In this document: one piece after another, positions 12,763 to 25,377 of the stretch
Position numbering within the stretch: position 1 is the first letter of the stretch
Layout: every line of letters starts with the position of its first letter
The notes under the pieces: model-generated
Databases searched by the model: none
What the model saw: only the letters and a program-made list of their open reading frames with translations
Told to the model about the DNA's origin: nothing
Position numbers and translations under genes: made by a program
Origin: Eledone cirrhosa
Taxonomy: Eukaryota
DNA length: 64,000 nucleotides
Direction: 5' to 3'
Assembly (NCBI GenBank): GCA_964016885.1
Contig: OZ024747.1
Coordinates: 10,602,001 to 10,666,000 of the forward strand

Positions 12763-14620
12763 GGTGTAGTGGTGTAGTGGTGTGGTGGCGTAGTGGTGTA
12801 GTGGTGGTGTAGTGGTGTAGTGGTGTAGTGGTGTAGTGGTGTAGTGGCGTAGTGGTGTAGTGGTGTAGTGGTGTAGTGGTGGTGTAGTGGTGGTGTAGTG
12901 GTGTAGTGGTATAGCGGTGTAGTAGTGGTGTAGTGGTATAATGATATAGCGGTGGTGTGGTGGTGTAGTGGTGTAGCGGTGTAGTGGTGGTGTAGTGGTG
13001 TAGTGGTATAGTGATATAGCAGTGTAGTGGTGTAGTGGTGTGGTGATGTAGTGGTGTAGTGGTATAGCGGTGTCGTGGTGGTGTAGTGGTATAGTGATAT
13101 AGCGGTGTAGTGGTATAGTGGTGTAGTGGTGGTGTAGTGGTATAGTGATATAGCGGTGTAGTGGTGTGGTGGTGGTGTAGTGGTATAGTGGTGGTGTAGT
13201 GGTATAGTGATATAGCGGTGTAGTGGTGTGGTGGTGGTGTAGTGGTATAGTGATATAGCAGTGTAGTGGTGTGGTGGTGTAGTGGTGTAGTGGTGTAGTG
13301 GTGTAGTAGTATAGCGGTGTAGTGGTGGTGTAGTGGTGGTGTAGTGGTGGTGTAGTGGTGTAGTGGTGTAGTGGTGGTATAGTGGGGTAGTGGTATAGCG
13401 GTGTAGTGGTGGTGTAGTGGTGGTGTAGTGGTGTAGTGGTGTAGTGGTGGTATAGTGGGGTAGTGGTATAGCGGTGTAGTGGGGGTAGTGGTGTGGTGGT
13501 GTAGTTCGGTGTAGAGTGTGGTTACTGACTGTTGCGGTAACAGTACAGAGTAGTATTGGCGCCTGTTGTAGAGGTGGTGGCGGCCAGGCAGGGTAGATAC
13601 AATGTTGTAGTGGTCTGGTGGAGTGCGGCGGTCAGGGGGGGGGGGGGGGGGTAGATACAATGTTGTGGTGGTGTAGTGGAGGGCGGCGGCCAGGCGGGGT
13701 GGATACGCTGACAGTGAAAGGCTGTAAAGTGATAGCTGTGTTCTAATCTCTAATTGGTTATAAATATTCACATGAGACAATGTGGCACGTGAAATAGAGG
13801 TAGGAGAGAAGCTATCAGAGGTGGTGGTGGTGGTGTCGGTTGTGGTGGGTGTGGTGGTGGTGGTGGTGGTGGTGGTGGTGGTATGGTGGTGGTGGTATGG
13901 TGGTGGTGTCGGTTGTGGTGGGTGTGGTGGTGGTGGTGGTGGTGGTGGTGGTGGTGGTGGTATGGTGGTGGTAGTATGGTGGTGGTGGTGGTGGTGGTGT
14001 CGGTTGTGGTGGGTGTGGTGGTGGTGGTGGTGGTGGTGGTGGTGGTATCGTGGTGGTGGTATGGTGGTGGTAGTATGGTGGTGGTGGTGGTGGTGGTGTC
14101 GGTTGTGGTGGTCCTGGTGATGGTGGTAGTGGTGGTGGAGATTGTTGTGGTGGTGGTGGTGGTGGTGGTGGTGTCGGTTGTGGTGGTCCTGGTGATGGTG
14201 GTAGTGGTGGTGGAGATTGTTGTGGTGGTGGTGGTGGTGGTGGTGTCGGTTGTGGTGGGTGTGGTGGTGGTGGTGGTGGTGGTATGGTGGTGGGAGTTTG
14301 GTGGTGGTGGTAGTGGAGGTTGTTGTGGTCCTGGTGGTGGTGATGGTGGTAGTGGTGGTGGAGGTTGTTGTGGTGGTGGTGGTGGTGGTATGGTGGTGGT
14401 GTCGGTTGTGGTGGTGGTGGTGGTGGTAGTGGTAGTGGAGGTTGTTGTGGTGGTGGTGGTAGTGGAGGTTGTTGTGGTGATACTGGTAGTTATGGTTGTG
14501 GTGGTGGTGGTGGTTGTAGTTGTTGTAGTGGTTGTGGTGGTGTGGTTGTGGTGGTGGTGGTGGTTGTGATTGTAGTGGTGGTGGTGTAGTGCTGGTGGCG
14601 ATGGTGGTGGTGGTGTAGTG
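12763..14620. repeat. (GTGTAGTG)n and (GGT)n arrays with a unique island at ~13500-13820
   Basis: Visible. Confidence 0.9.
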
Positions 14621-15007
14621 CTGACACAGGGGGTGAGGTACTAAGTAGTAAAATAGACATTGAAAGGATCTCATTCAGATGAAATTACCAAATTTGAATC
14701 TGATTTTATTTTCCCTTCTTCCTCTTCTTCCTCTTCTTCCTCTTCTTTATGTTTCTTAAGAGGCATTGGACAACTCTCGAAGTTTCTGTAGCAATTTTGA
14801 TGAATGGAGGAAAAGCTAGTTGGTAGCTGCCCACTTCACCCCTCCTCCCGTTACAATTTAAATATTTAACAATGGTAATAGATGCTCCCATGACACCTGA
14901 AGACGTCGTAGAGGCGTTGTAGTGGCATACGGCGTTTCTAGTGTATTTTAAAACCTGGCAAAACCTAATCCGCTCCAGGTCTGAATACCTCCACAACATC
15001 ACTACAT

Positions 15008-15628
15008 TATCTGAAAGATCAGGGCTGAACGGGGGTTAAACCATCTCCACAACAGCAGTACTTGATCTGAAGGATCAGTGTTGAAATTGGTTTAAACCAC
15101 TTCCACAAAAGCAGTACTTGAACTGTGCTGAACGGGAGTTAAACCACCTACACAACAGCAGTACTTGATTTGAAGGATCGGTTCTGAACGGGGGTTAAAC
15201 CACCTCCACAACAGCAGTACTTGATCTGTAGGATCAGTGCTGAACTGGGTTTAAACCACCTCCACAAATGCAGTACTTGGTCTGTAGGATCAGTGTTGAA
15301 CGGGAGTTAAACCATCTCCACAACAGCAGTACTTGATCAGTAGGATCAGTTTTGAGCAGGGGTTAAACCACCTCCACAACAGCAGTACTTGATCTGAAGG
15401 ATCAGTATTGAACTGGGTTAAATCACCTCCACAACATCATTACTCAGGCTGTAATTTTAAAGCTGGGCAGGGGTTAAACCACCACAGCAATATCATTACT
15501 CGGTCGGCAGGATCAAAACTGAAGAGAGGTTAAACCAGCTGCACAACACCAGTACTCGGGTTCACAGGATCAGTGCTGAACAGAAGTTAAACCAGCTGCA
15601 CATCAGTACTCGGGTTGACAGGATCATT
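15008..15628. repeat. 56-bp minisatellite (AGGATCAGTGCTGAACGGGGGTTAAACCACCTCCACAACAGCAGTACTTGATCTG.)
   Basis: Period 56 (15174, 15230, 15286); about 11 diverged copies. Confidence 0.9.
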
Positions 15629-15923
15629 ACAGATGTAAGATTAAGCAACCACTAAAACTGTGTTAATAGTCTACTAGATGAAAGTTGACATATAGCTAAA
15701 TCCATGATTTGTGGGGAATTTGGCTGCCTTTTTTATTTTTTAGCAAGTCGAGCGGTCACGAATATCCTCTTGTGTGCACCTGTATAGAGCTGTGTGTATG
15801 TGTAGGAGACCAAGATTATAAATACATATCTGAAGGTTTCGTGCTGCCAGTCATTCGTTACCGACTGTACTCAGATGACTTATTGATGAATGAAATTAAA
15901 CAGGGCTGGTTGGCCAACACCTT

Positions 15924-18812
15924 TACCTACCTACCTACCTACCTACCCACCTACCTACCTACCTACCTACCTACCTACCTACCCACCCACCTACCTACCT
16001 ACCTACCTACCTACCTACCTACCTACCTACCTACCTACCTACCTATCTACCTACCTACCTACCTACCTACCTACCTACATACCTACCTACCTACCTACCT
16101 ACCTACATATCTACCTACCTACCTACCTACCTACCTACCTACCTACCTACCTACCTACCTACTTACCTACCTACCAACCTACCTAACTACCTACCTACCT
16201 ACCTACCTACCTACCTACCTATCAACCTACCTACCTACCTACCTACCTACCCACCTACCTACCTACCTACCTACCTACCTACTTACCTACCTACCAACCT
16301 ACCTACCTACCTACCTACCTACCTACCTACCTACCTACCCACCAGCCTACCTACCTACCTACCTATCAACCTACCTACCTATCTATCTACCTACTTTCAT
16401 CATACCTACTTACCTATTTACCTACCTACCTACCTACCTACCTACCTACCTACCTACCTACCTACCTACCCACCTACCTACCTACCTACCTACCTACCTA
16501 CCTACCTACCTACCAACCTACCCACCAGCCTACCTACCTACCTACCTACCTACCTACCTACCTACCTACCTACCTACCTACCTACCTACCCACCAGCCTA
16601 CCTACCTACCTACTTACCTACCTACCTACCTACTTACCTACCTACCTACCTACCTACCTACCTACCCACCTACCTACCTACCTACCTACCTACTTACCTA
16701 CCTACCAACCTACCTAACTACCTACCTACCTACCTACCTACCCACCAGCCTACCTACCTACCTACCTACCTACCTACCCACCAGCCTACCTACCTACCTA
16801 CTTACCTACCTACCTACCAACCTACCTACCTACCTACCTACCTACCTACCCACCTACCTACCTACCTACCTACCTACTTACCTACCTACCAACCTACCTA
16901 ACTACCTACCTACCTACCTACCTACCTACCCACCTACATACCTACCTACCTACCTACCTACCTACCTACCTACCTACCTATTTACCTACCTACCTACCTA
17001 CCTACCTAACTACCTGCCTACCTACATACCTACCTATCTACCTACCTACCTACCTACCTACCCACCAGCCTACCTACCTACCTACCCACCAGCCTACCTA
17101 CCTACCTACCTACCTACCTACCTACCAACCTACCTACCAACCTACCAACCTACCTACCAACCTACCAACCTACCTACCAACCTACCAACCTACCTACCTA
17201 CCTACCAACCTACCTACAAACCTACCTACCTACCTACCTACCTACCTACCAACCTACCAACCAACCTACAAACCCACAAACCTACCTACCTACCAACCTA
17301 CCTACCTACCTACCAACCTACCTACCCACCTACCTACCTACCTACCTACCAACCTATCTACCTACCAACCTACCTACCTACCCACCAGCCTACCTACCTA
17401 CCTACCTACTTACCTACCTACCTACCTACCAACCTATCTACCTACCAACCTACCAACCAACCTACCTACCTACCAACCTACCTACCTACCAACCTACCTA
17501 CCCACCTACCTACAAACCTACCAACCAACCTATCTACCTACCAACCTACCTACCTACCCACCAGCCTACCTACCTACCTACTAACCTACCTACCTACCTA
17601 CCAACCTACCAACCAACCTACAAACCCACAAACCTACCTACCTACCAACCTACCTACCCACCTACCTACCTACCTACCTACCAACCTATCTACCTACCAA
17701 CCTACCTACCTACCCACCAGCCTACCTACCTACCTACCTACCTACTAACCTACCTACCTACCTACCAACCTATCTACCTACCAACCTACCAACCAACCTA
17801 CCTACCTACCAACCTACCAACCTACCTACCTACCTACCAACCTACCTACCCACCTACCAACCTACCTACCTACCAACCTATCTACCTACCTACCTACCTA
17901 CCAACCTACCAACCTACCTACCTACCTACCTACCAACCTACCTACCAACCTACCAACCTACCTACCAACCTACCTACCAACCTACCAACCTACCTACCAA
18001 CCTACCTACCTACCAACCTACCAACCTACCTACCTACCTACCAACCTACCTACCCACCTACCTACCTACCTACCAACCTTTCTACCTACCTACCAACCTA
18101 CCAACCAACCTACCTACCTACCAACCTACCAACCTACCTACCTACCTACCAACCTACCTACCCACCTACCTACTTACCTACCAACCTACCTACCCACCTA
18201 CCTACCTACCAACCTACCTACCAACCTATCTACCTACCTACCTACCTACCTACTTGCCTACCTACCAACCTACCAACCTACCTACCTACCTACCAACCTA
18301 CCACCTACCTACCTACCAACCTACCTACCTACCTACCTACCTACCAACCTATCTACCTACCAACCTACCTACCAACCTACCAACCTACCTACCAACCTAC
18401 CTACCAACCTACCAACCTACCTACCAACCTACCTACCTACCTACCTACTTGCCTACCTACCAACCTACCTACCAACCTACCAACCTCCCTACCTACCTAC
18501 CCACCTACCTACCTACCTACCTACCTACCTACCTACCTACCTACCTACCCACCAGCCTACCAACCTACCTACCTACCTACCTACCTACCTACCTACCTAT
18601 CCACCAACCTCCCTCCCTACCTACCCACCTACCTACCTACCTACCAACCCACCTACCAACCTACCTACCCACCTACCTACCTATCCACCAACCTCCCTCC
18701 CTACCTACCCACCTACCTACCTACCAACCCACCACCCTACCCACCTACCCACCTACCTATCCACCAACCTCCCTCCCTACCAACCCACCTACCTACCTAC
18801 CTACCAACCAAT
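15924..18812. repeat. ~2.9-kb (CCTA)n/(CCAA) tetranucleotide array
   Basis: Visible; source of the TYLP ORFs. Confidence 0.97.
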
Positions 18813-18975
18813 CAATCTACATACATAGAATTATATATATATACATACAGGAAGAGAGAGACATATGCATCATACAGTATATGATATCATATATGTATAT
18901 ATACACACATATATATGCATGTGTATATATATACATTATATACTGTAAGATGAATAAGATGTTTCTCTCTCTCAT

Positions 18976-19083
<108 letters not shown>

Positions 19084-19332
19084 CATGGACAGGGAGACCG
19101 CCTCTGTGGGTGTGGTGGGTACGTGTGTGCGGGTGTAAGTGTGGATGTATGCGTGTATGTGTGTGTGTATGTGCTTGTATGTGTGTGTGTGTGTGTGTAT
19201 GTGTGTGTGTATGTGTGTGTATGAGTGTGTGTGTGTGTGTGTAGTAGAAGGCAGGAAATTCTCTTACTCTATACTCGAACGACTTAATTAAATATTAAGA
19301 AGAACCGCATGCCACCACACACACTGAGTGTG

Positions 19333-19439
<107 letters not shown>

Positions 19440-19614
19440 TACACACTGCTAGAGTAGAGTGAAAATATAGATATTTTTCGTGTGGCTACTTAAGAGAGAA
19501 GGTGCCAAAATATCTCTTTAGCATCAGTGAGTGGAAGGGAGAGGAAGAGGGAGAGTGAAAGAGAGGGGGAGGGGGAGAGTGTGTGTGTGCGAGAGAGAGA
19601 GAGAGAAGAGAGGT

Positions 19615-19655
<41 letters not shown>

Positions 19656-19764
19656 GGGGAGAGAGAGAGGAAGACAACCTTTGAGAGGATATTTGGAAAG
19701 ATCGTCGTTTTTTTGTTTTTGTTCCTTAGGTTTATATTTGTTAATTAATTAATATTATTATTAT

Positions 19765-20475
19765 CATCCTTCCGGGGTCGATAAAATAAAGTACCAGTAA
19801 TGCATTGAGTAATTGCTGGCCTTGTGCCAAAAGTAGAAACAATTATTATTATCATTATTGTTCGTGTTATTATTATTATTACGAGGTCGATAAAATAAAG
19901 TACCAGTAACGCTCAGGGTTCAATTTAATCGACTTTCCCCTCCCCCAAATTGCTGGCCTTGTGCCTAAAGTACAAACCATTGGCAGTATCGGTAGAGAGC
20001 CAGACGTCATGCTTTGACGCATAGAGTTACGGCCCTTGCTATTCTGAGTTCAAATCCCGCCTTTCATCCTTACGGGGTCAATAAAATAAAGTACCGGTAA
20101 TGTACTGGGGTAATTGCTGGCCTTGTGCCTAAAGTACAAACCATTGGCAGTATCGGTAGAGAGCCAGACGTCATGCTTTGACGCATAGAGTTACGGCCCT
20201 TGCTATTCTGAGTTCAAATCCCGCCTTTCATCCTTACGGGGTCAATAAAATAAAGTACCGGTAATGTACTGGGGTAATTGCTGGCCTTGTGCCTAAAGTA
20301 CAAACCATTGGCAGTATCGGTAGAGAGCCAGACGTCATGCTTTGACGCATAGAGTTACGGCCCTTGCTATTCTGAGTTCAAATCCCGCCTTTCATCCTTA
20401 CGGGGTCAACAAAATAAAGTACCGGTAATGTACTAGGGTAATTGCTGGCCTTGTGCCTAAAGTAGAAACCATTAT
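19765..20475 (+). mobile_element. Cluster of SINE type A pieces, including three tandem 164-bp units
   Basis: TGGCAGTATC at 19981, 20145 and 20309. All three units share a deletion of CGAGGTTAACTTTGC. Confidence 0.9.
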
Positions 20476-20554
20476 TATTCCTCCATTTGCACAGTAATAA
20501 TCTTATTAACAGTTGATCATTTGACTCCCTATCAAGTTATGTAACCCCAGACAG

Positions 20555-20851
<297 letters not shown>

Positions 20852-20920
20852 GTATATATATATAATATTAATAATATAAGGGAACAAAGAATCAGTGTTG
20901 TATCATATACATATTTAATT

Positions 20921-21012
20921 ACATATTACATATGTTTCACTGCTGGTCAGCTCGAGAAACGATCGATTAATGACCGATCCTGACTCTGGAATCGGAAGCT
21001 CCTCAGATATGT
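20921..21012 (-). ncRNA. Type I minimal hammerhead ribozyme with extended stem II
   Basis: ACATAT-CTGAGGA-(~60 nt)-GAAAC-ATAT-GTA-ATATGT: 6-bp stem I, intact core, palindromic loop III. Confidence 0.8.
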
Positions 21013-21032
21013 GTTCATGTGTAGACTCGCGC

Positions 21033-21075
<43 letters not shown>

Positions 21076-21170
21076 ATGCAAATAACACGTGTTTTCGCCT
21101 TGCTCTGGGCAGCGTGTATATTTGCGTTCTCTCTTTCCATTAGGCTAGATGTGTAGCGAATAATTCCACA

Positions 21171-21243
21171 CTTGCTGACTGAGGAACCTGTGGACTTTTA
21201 CACTACACATTTCAGTGGTGAAACGAAATAGATTCGTACCAAG
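21171..21243 (+). ncRNA. Hammerhead ribozyme with a 5-bp helix III
   Basis: CTGAGGA-ACC...GGT-GAAAC-GAA-ATAGA-TTC-GTA. Stem I is imperfect (CTTG/CAAG offset by an extra CTGA). Confidence 0.65.
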
Positions 21244-21364
21244 CTTATAGTTATAAGGTTGGTAATTTAAAACTCTACTTTGGAGATTTGATTCTGACTT
21301 AGTGTTCTTTCTATTTAATTGCTAACCTGTAGGTGTTGTTTTCCATACAGTAACGGTTAAACTC

Positions 21365-22164
21365 ACATGTAATAATTCTTTATCAATCCATTCAGAAACA
21401 GTGTTCCTGGTTAATGAAAGGTCTTTGAATAACTCTGCTTTCTCTGGACAATTTCAGCTGTTTTTACAAGGCATTGCTTTACAAAACCTCCTTCACTGTG
21501 AAATTTCTCATGGCGATCATTTGGCTGAGTTCATAGCTTGCAGTAACGGAAGCGACATTCTCTTCCTGAATTTACATAAAACAGGTCTGTTGCTGTGTCA
21601 AGTTAGCCTTTAATTCCTTGAGTCTTGAAACACACATTGGGACTTCATATTTATCGTAAGATCGATGGTTCGTTTCATTTCCTGAATTTACATAAAACAG
21701 GTCTGTTGCTGTGTCAAGTTAGCCTTCAATTCCTTGAGTTTTGAAACACAGATTGAGACTTCATATTTATCGTAAGATCGATGGTTCGTTTCATAATGTC
21801 TTTTCAAGTTGTACTCTTTTGGCGTGTGGCGTCGCAGTTGTTACAAACGGTGAATCTTTCCATTCACCGTTGGGCAAAAATACTGTAATTGTCACTTTTC
21901 TTGAAACACTCACCCTTCTTCGTTCAATTTCCCTTTTCTCTTAACTGGAGGAGCACTAGCCATTTTAAAAGAAAGTTTTCTGTTTACGACTGTTAATGAG
22001 TTGCGCGTGATTCGACGGTAGTTGACAAAAAATCGCACAAAAAAAACAATCGGGTCGAAAATTTCTTTAATTTCATATTACGAAGATAAAACATACTTGC
22101 GCTGTAAAAACCTCTGTGCGGGCCGCAGGTGTGCTTGCAAAGGCTCGCATGTTTGGCATGCCTG
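21365..22164 (-). pseudogene. hAT (Buster/SPIN/GTF2IRD2-like) transposon left end with a decayed transposase N-terminus
   Basis: From ATG at 21963: 'MASAPPVKRK..VFQEK*QLQYF..PKEYNLKRHYETNH..LKELKANLTQQQ..ASYELSQMIA..SEGGFVKQCLVKTAE..PEKAELFKDLSLTRNTVSEWI', with stops and frameshifts. TIR CAGGCATGCCAAAC ends at 22164. There is a 116-bp tandem duplication at 21563-21796. Confidence 0.85.
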
Positions 22165-22294
22165 GTCTAGATAGATGAGAAACAAAACGAGGATGTAGTT
22201 TATGGAACACCCAAATGATTTAGAAGTCGACCTTAAGTAGGAGCAACAACTTTAAGAAGGACATGAACGTCGCCACATGATTTTGTATTGAAAA

Positions 22295-22608
22295 TTTTGA
22301 AAGTAGGTTTATAAGTATGAATTTTCAGTAGCTTTTCGTAGCTGTCTCGGTGGACTAGCTGTAGGTACTAGAGACGTTGGCGATCCTGGTCTTGTGTTCG
22401 ATCCTGGTCATGAGGTACATGTAAACATTTTCAGTTTTTATTTTACATTCAAAAGAAAAAAACTGAAAAGGTTTACCGGGAACCCTACTCCCGACCAGGA
22501 TCGAAATTCAGACCAGGATCACCACCGTCTATGATTCCTCCAACTAGGCCACCGAGACGTCTACAAAAGTATAATGAAAATTAATAATTGTAAATCTACT
22601 TTCAAAAT
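22295..22608. repeat. Degenerate inverted repeat (~145-bp arms) containing tRNA-like A/B boxes
   Basis: TTTTGAAAGTAG...GTCTCGGTGG.CTAG...GATCCTGGTC..TTCGATCCTGGTC...GTAAAC.TTTTCAGTTTT mirrored on the right arm. Confidence 0.75.
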
Positions 22609-23072
22609 CAAAGTTAAAAGATGTCCTCTATCACCACTACACACCACCATAACATATCACCAGCTCCACCACCACCAATACTACCACTACACCACCACCA
22701 CTACTACCACCATTACACACCACCAACCTCACTACTACCATAACCATTACACACCACCACCACCACCACTACTACCACTATACCACCACCAACACCACAA
22801 CCACCAACTCCACTACTATCACCATCACTACCATCAACTTTATACACCATCACCGTCACCACTACCACTACCACCAACACCATCACCACCACACTCTCTT
22901 TCTCTCCACCGATGCTAACCGGATGTAAGTTATTGGAACATTACTTCCGGTTATAAAGATAACGATGGTGCTGTATGCGTTTCCGGAAATGAGGTTCGTG
23001 CCGATAACGTCGGTTTCAGTAACCGTGGCTTGTGGGAAGGAATGTCAAAGTTGGTTTATCATTGTGTCACGA

Positions 23073-23130
<58 letters not shown>

Positions 23131-23151
23131 GCTAACGAATGCAGTCGGAAA

Positions 23152-23201
<50 letters not shown>

Positions 23202-23253
23202 AAATAAAAAAAAAAAAGGACAATTGGTTACTCCTTCATTACGTCTATTGGTT

Positions 23254-23338
23254 GGTGACGCGCGTTTCGCCACTGGTCAGCTCAAGGTTCGATCTGTATC
23301 GATCTAGCCCGACTCTGTAATCCGCAGTTCGTCAGACC
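23254..23338 (-). ncRNA. Type I minimal hammerhead ribozyme with extended stem II
   Basis: GGT-CTGACGA-(~60 nt)-GAAAC-GCGC-GTC-ACC: canonical core and GUC site; the insertion is homologous to 20921-21012. Confidence 0.8.
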
Positions 23339-23499
23339 CCTTAGAATATATATATATATCGTTTCTGAATTTGTTTAGCAAGATTCTTTATCTGAAAACG
23401 TGTGTTGAAACCGATATTGTTATGATTTGGGGGGGGGGGGTCATGTTGTCAATAAGAAACACACGCACCAGTTGCTTTCACTCCAATTTATTATAAATT

Positions 23500-24598
23500 A
23501 AATTTATAAATTTAAGAATTTATAAATTTCCGGTTGGTTGGTTGGTTCCACAACCGGACGATTATTCATATATTGTCAAAGTTCTTTCGTCACACATTCT
23601 GTGACATCTTCAGTGACTGGGATTCTTTTCTTTGTTTTTGTGCCTCTCCTTTGTTCTGTCCTACGCCATCTTGTTTTTGTGTGTGTTGTGTGCTTAGTTT
23701 GTGCATGTGTTACATCCGGGTGTCTGTGTGTGTTTATATTTGTTTATTTATTTGTTTATTTACATGATACTGGTTGGTTGTTTGTTCTATGTGTGTGTGT
23801 GTGTTTTCATTTTGTCCTTAATTGTAAGTTGTGATGTTGCTATTCCATTCATGTTTTCTATTTAATTTTAGTTGGAGTTCATTTATGTTTATTGCCTCTG
23901 TGATTTGTCTAAACATTGCGTCTTTTCTGTGTGTAGATTCTATTTTTATTTCTATGTTCTCTAATTTGCCCTTATGTTCTATTTTAGCATGTTGGTGGAG
24001 TATTGATCATTCTTTTTTATCTTGAAGTTCTCGCCAGTGTTCATTTAACCTAGTTCTTTGGGGTTGCATATGCGGGACACGTTTCTCATCACCCGTACCA
24101 AATCCGCAATCAGTATGTTGATTTTGGTGTGATCCGAAACAGCTGAGTTTCGGTGGATCAGATATTTGGAAGTCATGGGTTTGGCATAATGGGAATGGAG
24201 GATTTGTTTTTTGTTATTAATGGTTTCTAACCAGGGCTCTGTGTCTAGTACAGGTAATCGATGGTTGGAGTGTTTGCTTGGGTAGTCTATAGTAACTCTA
24301 ATACTCTGGTGGATGGAGTTAGCTATTTGCTGGATGCTTTCCATGGTGTTTTTCTCTAATTCCTGACTGTTCTCTAGTGGGGGTGTTTTTACTACGATGT
24401 TTATATCATCAACGTAGCGGGAGTACATTATCAGGGTTAAGAGGTTGCTGTCTTCTAATTGTTCTTTAAGTTTAAGTTTAAGTTTATTGTCCCACCATAC
24501 CATGAATAGGTTAGCTATGTCACCTGCAATGCTAACACCAATGGCTGCTCCTTCCTCTTGGGAAAATGTTTTTCTATTAAATTTGAAGATATGTTCCT
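23500..24598 (-). mobile_element. Penelope-like element remnant: RT domains, internal deletion, GIY-YIG C-terminus, 3' UTR with HHR-like motif
   Basis: 'FSQEEGAAIGVSIAGDIANLFMVWWD...RYVDDI...SIRVTIDYP..LPVLD..HYAKPMTSKYLIHRNSA', then in another frame 'EHWRELQDKKE*SILHQHAKIEH...FRQITEAININ..LNRKHEWN' (~23820-24044). Confidence 0.9.
23575..23617 (-). ncRNA. Hammerhead-like motif in the PLE 3' UTR (helix III reduced)
   Basis: GTCA-CTGAAGA-T-GTCACA-GAATG-TGTGAC-GAAA-GAACTT-TGAC. Confidence 0.65.
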
Positions 24599-24638
24599 TA
24601 AGGGTTAATTTAAGGGTTAAATTAACCCTTAAATTAAC

Positions 24639-24694
<56 letters not shown>

Positions 24695-24709
24695 TGGGGG
24701 GGGGGGGGG

Positions 24710-25150
24710 AGGCATGGTAAGGGTGTTGGACTACCGACCATAACTTGTGGATTCAATTCCTGGACTGGCTGGGTTGTGTGTTGTGTTCTTGAGCAAAACA
24801 TTTACTCCAGTATACTCAACTGAAAACGAGTACCAGCAGCAATAGTTGGGAGTTTAATCCTGCGATGAACTGGCGTCCTGTCCAGGGTGGAGTATTGTAC
24901 TCTCAGTTTCTTAACGCCATAATTGTTTCTACTTTTGGCACAAGGCCAGCAATTATTCCAGTGTATTACTGGTACTTTATTTTATCGACCCCGTAAGGAT
25001 TAAAGGCAAAGTTAACCTCGGCGGGATTTGAACTCAGACTATAAAGGGCCGTAACTCTTTGCTGCAAAACATGGCGTCAGACCCTCTACCGATACTGCCA
25101 ATCCAACGCCATAATGCCAGGGAAACCGGGATAAGCTTGATGAGCCTCCG
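24710..25150 (+). mobile_element. CORE-like SINE (type B2) interrupted by a type A SINE on the minus strand (24918-25104)
   Basis: Homologous to 50770-51050. The inserted SINE is flanked by an 11-bp TSD AACGCCATAAT (24913-24923, 25105-25115). Confidence 0.85.
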
Positions 25151-25377
25151 AGCTTGAGCCAGACTTGACACTAGATACACACACACACACACACACAAAC
25201 ATAATAGATCCGGCATTGGTTTTTGGTGTGTCCCGCTGTTCAGCCGACGCTATACGACGCCATGCTGTTAATGCTGTCTTTGACGAATTGTGTCCCACAT
25301 CAAACCATCACCGCCATTACAATACTTACCGTAAATTGGTTTTCATAGAATACATCACTTCAGGAACATCGCACGAG

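Noticed and set aside
12734-14674. 646-aa His/Thr/Pro-rich ORF
   Set aside because: Translation of GGT/GTGTAGTG arrays that lack stop codons on that strand; no domain evidence
14706-15002. 98-aa non-repetitive ORF
   Set aside because: No recognisable homology; overlaps a dispersed repeat and a CTT tract
23620-23820. SECIS element in the PLE 3' UTR
   Set aside because: No AUGA/GA quartet with an apical AA hairpin could be folded by eye
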